Below, in pieces: positions 61,392-64,000 of a DNA stretch of 64,000 nucleotides; position 1 is the first letter of the stretch; each line of letters starts with the position of its first letter. Under the pieces are notes generated by a model. It did not search any database. It was not told where the DNA came from and worked only from the letters and a program-made list of their open reading frames with translations. A program made the translations under genes and the position numbers. Origin of the DNA: a virus; IMG/VR virus record IMGVR_UViG_3300044960_000476, positions 5,725 to 69,724 of that record, one strand, 5' to 3'.

Positions 61392-61883
61392 TCAGTGGAA
61401 ACGCCATTGGGCTTCTAAAGTTATAGTTGCAACGCCTTTGTAACCCCAATCGGGTATTGTGTCAGGTTTATTGTCTTCGTTGCCTTCTTCGTCAGCAAGA
61501 ATATATGCGTAGTCTGTGTCAATAATTTCTAGCATTTCTTCATCTAGCAGTCGCGTTTGAGCCAATAAGTTTTCAGTCATTTGCGTAAAAATGTCAGACA
61601 TTTTAAAAATGCCTGTTTCAGGGTCAGGATGTTCGTAATGAAGCTCAATAAGTACTTTTACTTTACGGGTGCGACGACTGCGGTTAGTACCACCAAGAAC
61701 GTTTGTTTCCCAATCAGGGCCTAAGGGCGAAATTAAAACAAACGGATAACCAGGTATGCGCGGTGGAAATTTACCAACGCTGATACCAATAATGTTTTCA
61801 ACGCTACCATCGTAAGTGGTAAACGTCATATTGTTTAAATAGTTTTGTAAAGCCTCAACAAACTCGCGCTCATAATTACGCAT
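61392..61883 (-). CDS. Tail terminator-like protein
   Basis: Directly upstream of the tube gene; YPFVLI motif; AGGAGGT RBS before ATG 61883. Confidence 0.6.
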   Translation of the reverse strand: MRNYEREFVEALQNYLNNMTFTTYDGSVENIIGISVGKFPPRIPGYPFVLISPLGPDWETNVLGGTNRSRRTRKVKVLIELHYEHPDPETGIFKMSDIFTQMTENLLAQTRLLDEEMLEIIDTDYAYILADEEGNEDNKPDTIPDWGYKGVATITLEAQWRFH

Positions 61884-62853
61884 TTTGGTTACCTCCTGTC
61901 TTTTTTGATAACGCAGAAATAAGGGCAATTGCGGCTAGTTCAGGATTAGTAGCCGGAAAATTAACGCCTTTAAACCCGGCTCGAATAAAATTGCTCATAG
62001 GGCCTATTTCGTCATTTGGAATATCAAAGTCCATAGAAACGCTGACTTTAAAACCAAATTTATTGTCTTCTTGTATAACTTGTCTTAAAGCAGCGCTTGC
62101 GCGACTTGCCATTTGTGCCAAACTTGCGTCTTTTAAACTAACAGCTATTTTAGACGCTAATTGCTCTCTAGTGCTTTCTGCTGAGGCTAAAGCACCATAT
62201 CTACTGACTACTTGTCGCAGTTGAACTTGGTTTAACCTAAACTTACCGTTAGCAACTGCTTTAGCAAATTGGCCGGTTTCATAACCCCACTTTCGTTGTG
62301 GAATAAGCAAAGAATTAATGTCCTTTAACCCCGTAACTCGTTTTAATGCTGTAGCCGCAGTTTTGTCACCATAACTAGCCAAAACCCTCATGCGCGTTTT
62401 ATACTGGTCAATTTGTGACCTGCTTTTTGGTTTATTTCCTCGACGATAAGCTCTATAACTTGGGTAACCACTGGATAAGTACCACGCCATGACCGGAACG
62501 GTTTTACGTTTAAACTTTTTTACATCAAGAGCGTTTAAAATTTTGCTAATACGCGTGAGGGCTTGCCTGTCTTCAATTTTTTTATTAAGCTCGGTTATTA
62601 AGTCTTTACGCTCACTTGGCGTCAAAGCCATAGCGCTTAGCCTGCGCATTTCGTTTTGAAATTTTACCTGTGCGTTTTTAGTAGCTAGGTTTTTTAGCTG
62701 ATTAGAAATGCGTTGCGCTACTCTAGGGTTTTTTACTGCATCATCAAATGCAAGCCTCAACCTAACATCCAACGCCGACAGCAGTGCGGCTGAAATAGCC
62801 TGAGTGCTTTTTGCTGTAAAAGCCTTTAGTCGAGTGTTCAAGCGGTAACTCAT
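61876..62853 (-). CDS. Basic neck/tail completion protein (putative)
   Basis: Lys/Arg-rich, head-tail module position. Confidence 0.5.
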   Translation of the reverse strand: MSYRLNTRLKAFTAKSTQAISAALLSALDVRLRLAFDDAVKNPRVAQRISNQLKNLATKNAQVKFQNEMRRLSAMALTPSERKDLITELNKKIEDRQALTRISKILNALDVKKFKRKTVPVMAWYLSSGYPSYRAYRRGNKPKSRSQIDQYKTRMRVLASYGDKTAATALKRVTGLKDINSLLIPQRKWGYETGQFAKAVANGKFRLNQVQLRQVVSRYGALASAESTREQLASKIAVSLKDASLAQMASRASAALRQVIQEDNKFGFKVSVSMDFDIPNDEIGPMSNFIRAGFKGVNFPATNPELAAIALISALSKKTGGNQNA

Positions 62854-63257
62854 ATTTTAGGAAACCCCGCTTCAAAACCGTCCTCAACAAAACTAGGCCC
62901 GGTTAACAAACCTTCTTCACGTTTCTTCTGAAGTGCCCACTCATCAAGAGAAGCAAAACCTTCAGCAAAGGCGTCTTTGTACAAAGCTTGATAAGCAGGA
63001 AGTCGGCGCAGAATGTAAGCGGCAACAATAGCAGCTACAGCGTCTTTTACATATTCAGCATCTTCAGGCGGCAAGTCTGCTATAGGCGGTAACACCAAGT
63101 CAAACCTAGCGCGTAAATGCATTCTAGCTTTTTCCCAAGCGTCTAAAACGAATTCGTCGTATCTGGCTTGCGTTACACCGCCCTTACCGTCAATGGTAAC
63201 CTGGTTAGGGCGTAGTACCTCAGCTGGTATGTATTTCCACACCCTCTCCAGTTCCAT
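62850..63257 (-). CDS. Head-tail adaptor (putative)
   Basis: 135-aa helical protein after the capsid gene; GGAGG RBS. Confidence 0.55.
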   Translation of the reverse strand: MELERVWKYIPAEVLRPNQVTIDGKGGVTQARYDEFVLDAWEKARMHLRARFDLVLPPIADLPPEDAEYVKDAVAAIVAAYILRRLPAYQALYKDAFAEGFASLDEWALQKKREEGLLTGPSFVEDGFEAGFPKI

Positions 63258-63387
63258 CGGCGTCCTCCATTAATTGTACATGGCCTGCAGCCTTAAAAAG
63301 CAGCGCTAGTTGCCTGGAGAGGGTTAATTCCTCTCCAGGCATGTAAAGCTTACCTACGTACAAAATACGTAAAGCTAAGCAGCGCAT
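63220..63387 (-). CDS. Small head-associated protein
   Basis: TAATG coupling; GKLYMPGEELTL motif. Confidence 0.5.
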   Translation of the reverse strand: MRCLALRILYVGKLYMPGEELTLSRQLALLFKAAGHVQLMEDADGTGEGVEIHTS

Positions 63388-64000
63388 TAGGCGTACTGCA
63401 TTTTCTTCACGCGGTGGCACTTAAGGGTCTTGGGGTCGTAGTCCAGCATCCGAGGCAAGCCGTGGAAGCCGTGGAAAATGGCGTAGTAAGGATTGGGCTT
63501 TCTGCGTCCGTCGTCTACCACTACGTAAGGGCCAGTACCAAGCTCAAGCCGGTTACCATCAGTATGAGCGTGGGCGGTCATAACGAATTCAGCCAAACGC
63601 CCCGCGCCCTCGTAAATAACAATAAGGGTGTTGTCAGGAATAAACTTGTGGAAAGTGCCGGCGGCGTCCAGGTAACCACCATCGTACACCGTCACCCGCA
63701 TTCCAGTCATCCGGGAGTAAGCGTCAATGACATACTCATCCGGGTAGAAATAAAGCGGGGTAGGAGTAATGGTAGTAGACTCGTTGTTAAAGCCGCGCCA
63801 GGCGTCCCAGAATTTAGTGTTTTCGCGCAAAACGCGGGCAAAATTAGAAGTGACAAGCAGTTCAACAGGGCGGTACTTACCCGGCACAACAGGGTCATCC
63901 ATTGCCGCATTACGCAGGTCAATGGCCCACTTAACCGGGTCATTATCAGACACGCCAGCAGTTTTAGTCACAAAGTTAGTTGCGGGCAAAGTAAAGCTGT
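63387..64000 (-). CDS. Probable major capsid protein, C-terminal part
   Basis: Open to the window edge; VTVYDGGY.D..G..HKFIPDNTLI pattern typical of lambda-E-like capsid proteins; upstream of head-tail genes. Confidence 0.65.
   Translation of the reverse strand, partial: SFTLPATNFVTKTAGVSDNDPVKWAIDLRNAAMDDPVVPGKYRPVELLVTSNFARVLRENTKFWDAWRGFNNESTTITPTPLYFYPDEYVIDAYSRMTGMRVTVYDGGYLDAAGTFHKFIPDNTLIVIYEGAGRLAEFVMTAHAHTDGNRLELGTGPYVVVDDGRRKPNPYYAIFHGFHGLPRMLDYDPKTLKCHRVKKMQYA

Overview
This window covers most of a lytic long-tailed siphophage genome related to the Thermus phages P23-45/P74-26, judged from recognisable TerL and TerS sequences, a two-barrel single-chain RNA polymerase and a Deinococcus-Thermus-type NrdJ. 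Layout: (1) 1-4.8 kb, minus strand: nuclease, ParB-like protein, TerS, TerL and virion fibre genes. (2) About 5-11.4 kb, plus strand, visibly GC-richer early region: a 709-aa RdRP-like/two-barrel RNA polymerase (RNP...GGDHDGD) and small genes, with dense cis-elements. These are nine copies of a hairpin motif resembling N4 template-strand hairpin promoters, a leader that can sequester the RNAP Shine-Dalgarno, a pseudoknot and a complete HDV-like ribozyme. (3) 11.4-13.0 kb, non-coding: a 223-bp duplication and an AT-rich putative origin with three related palindromes. (4) 13-41 kb, plus strand, middle genes: four tandem nucleotidyltransferase-like paralogs (one DxD, three NxN), a second four-member paralog array, MoxR/VWA, recombination and replication genes, ThyX, a two-intein NrdJ and a family A DNA polymerase. 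(5) 41-64 kb, minus strand, late genes: probable capsid C-terminus, neck, tail tube, tail chaperone with a -1 frameshift, 2999-aa tape measure, tail tip/fibre and lysis genes. No CRISPR array, tRNA or integrase was seen. All calls come from reading motifs by eye; no searches were run.
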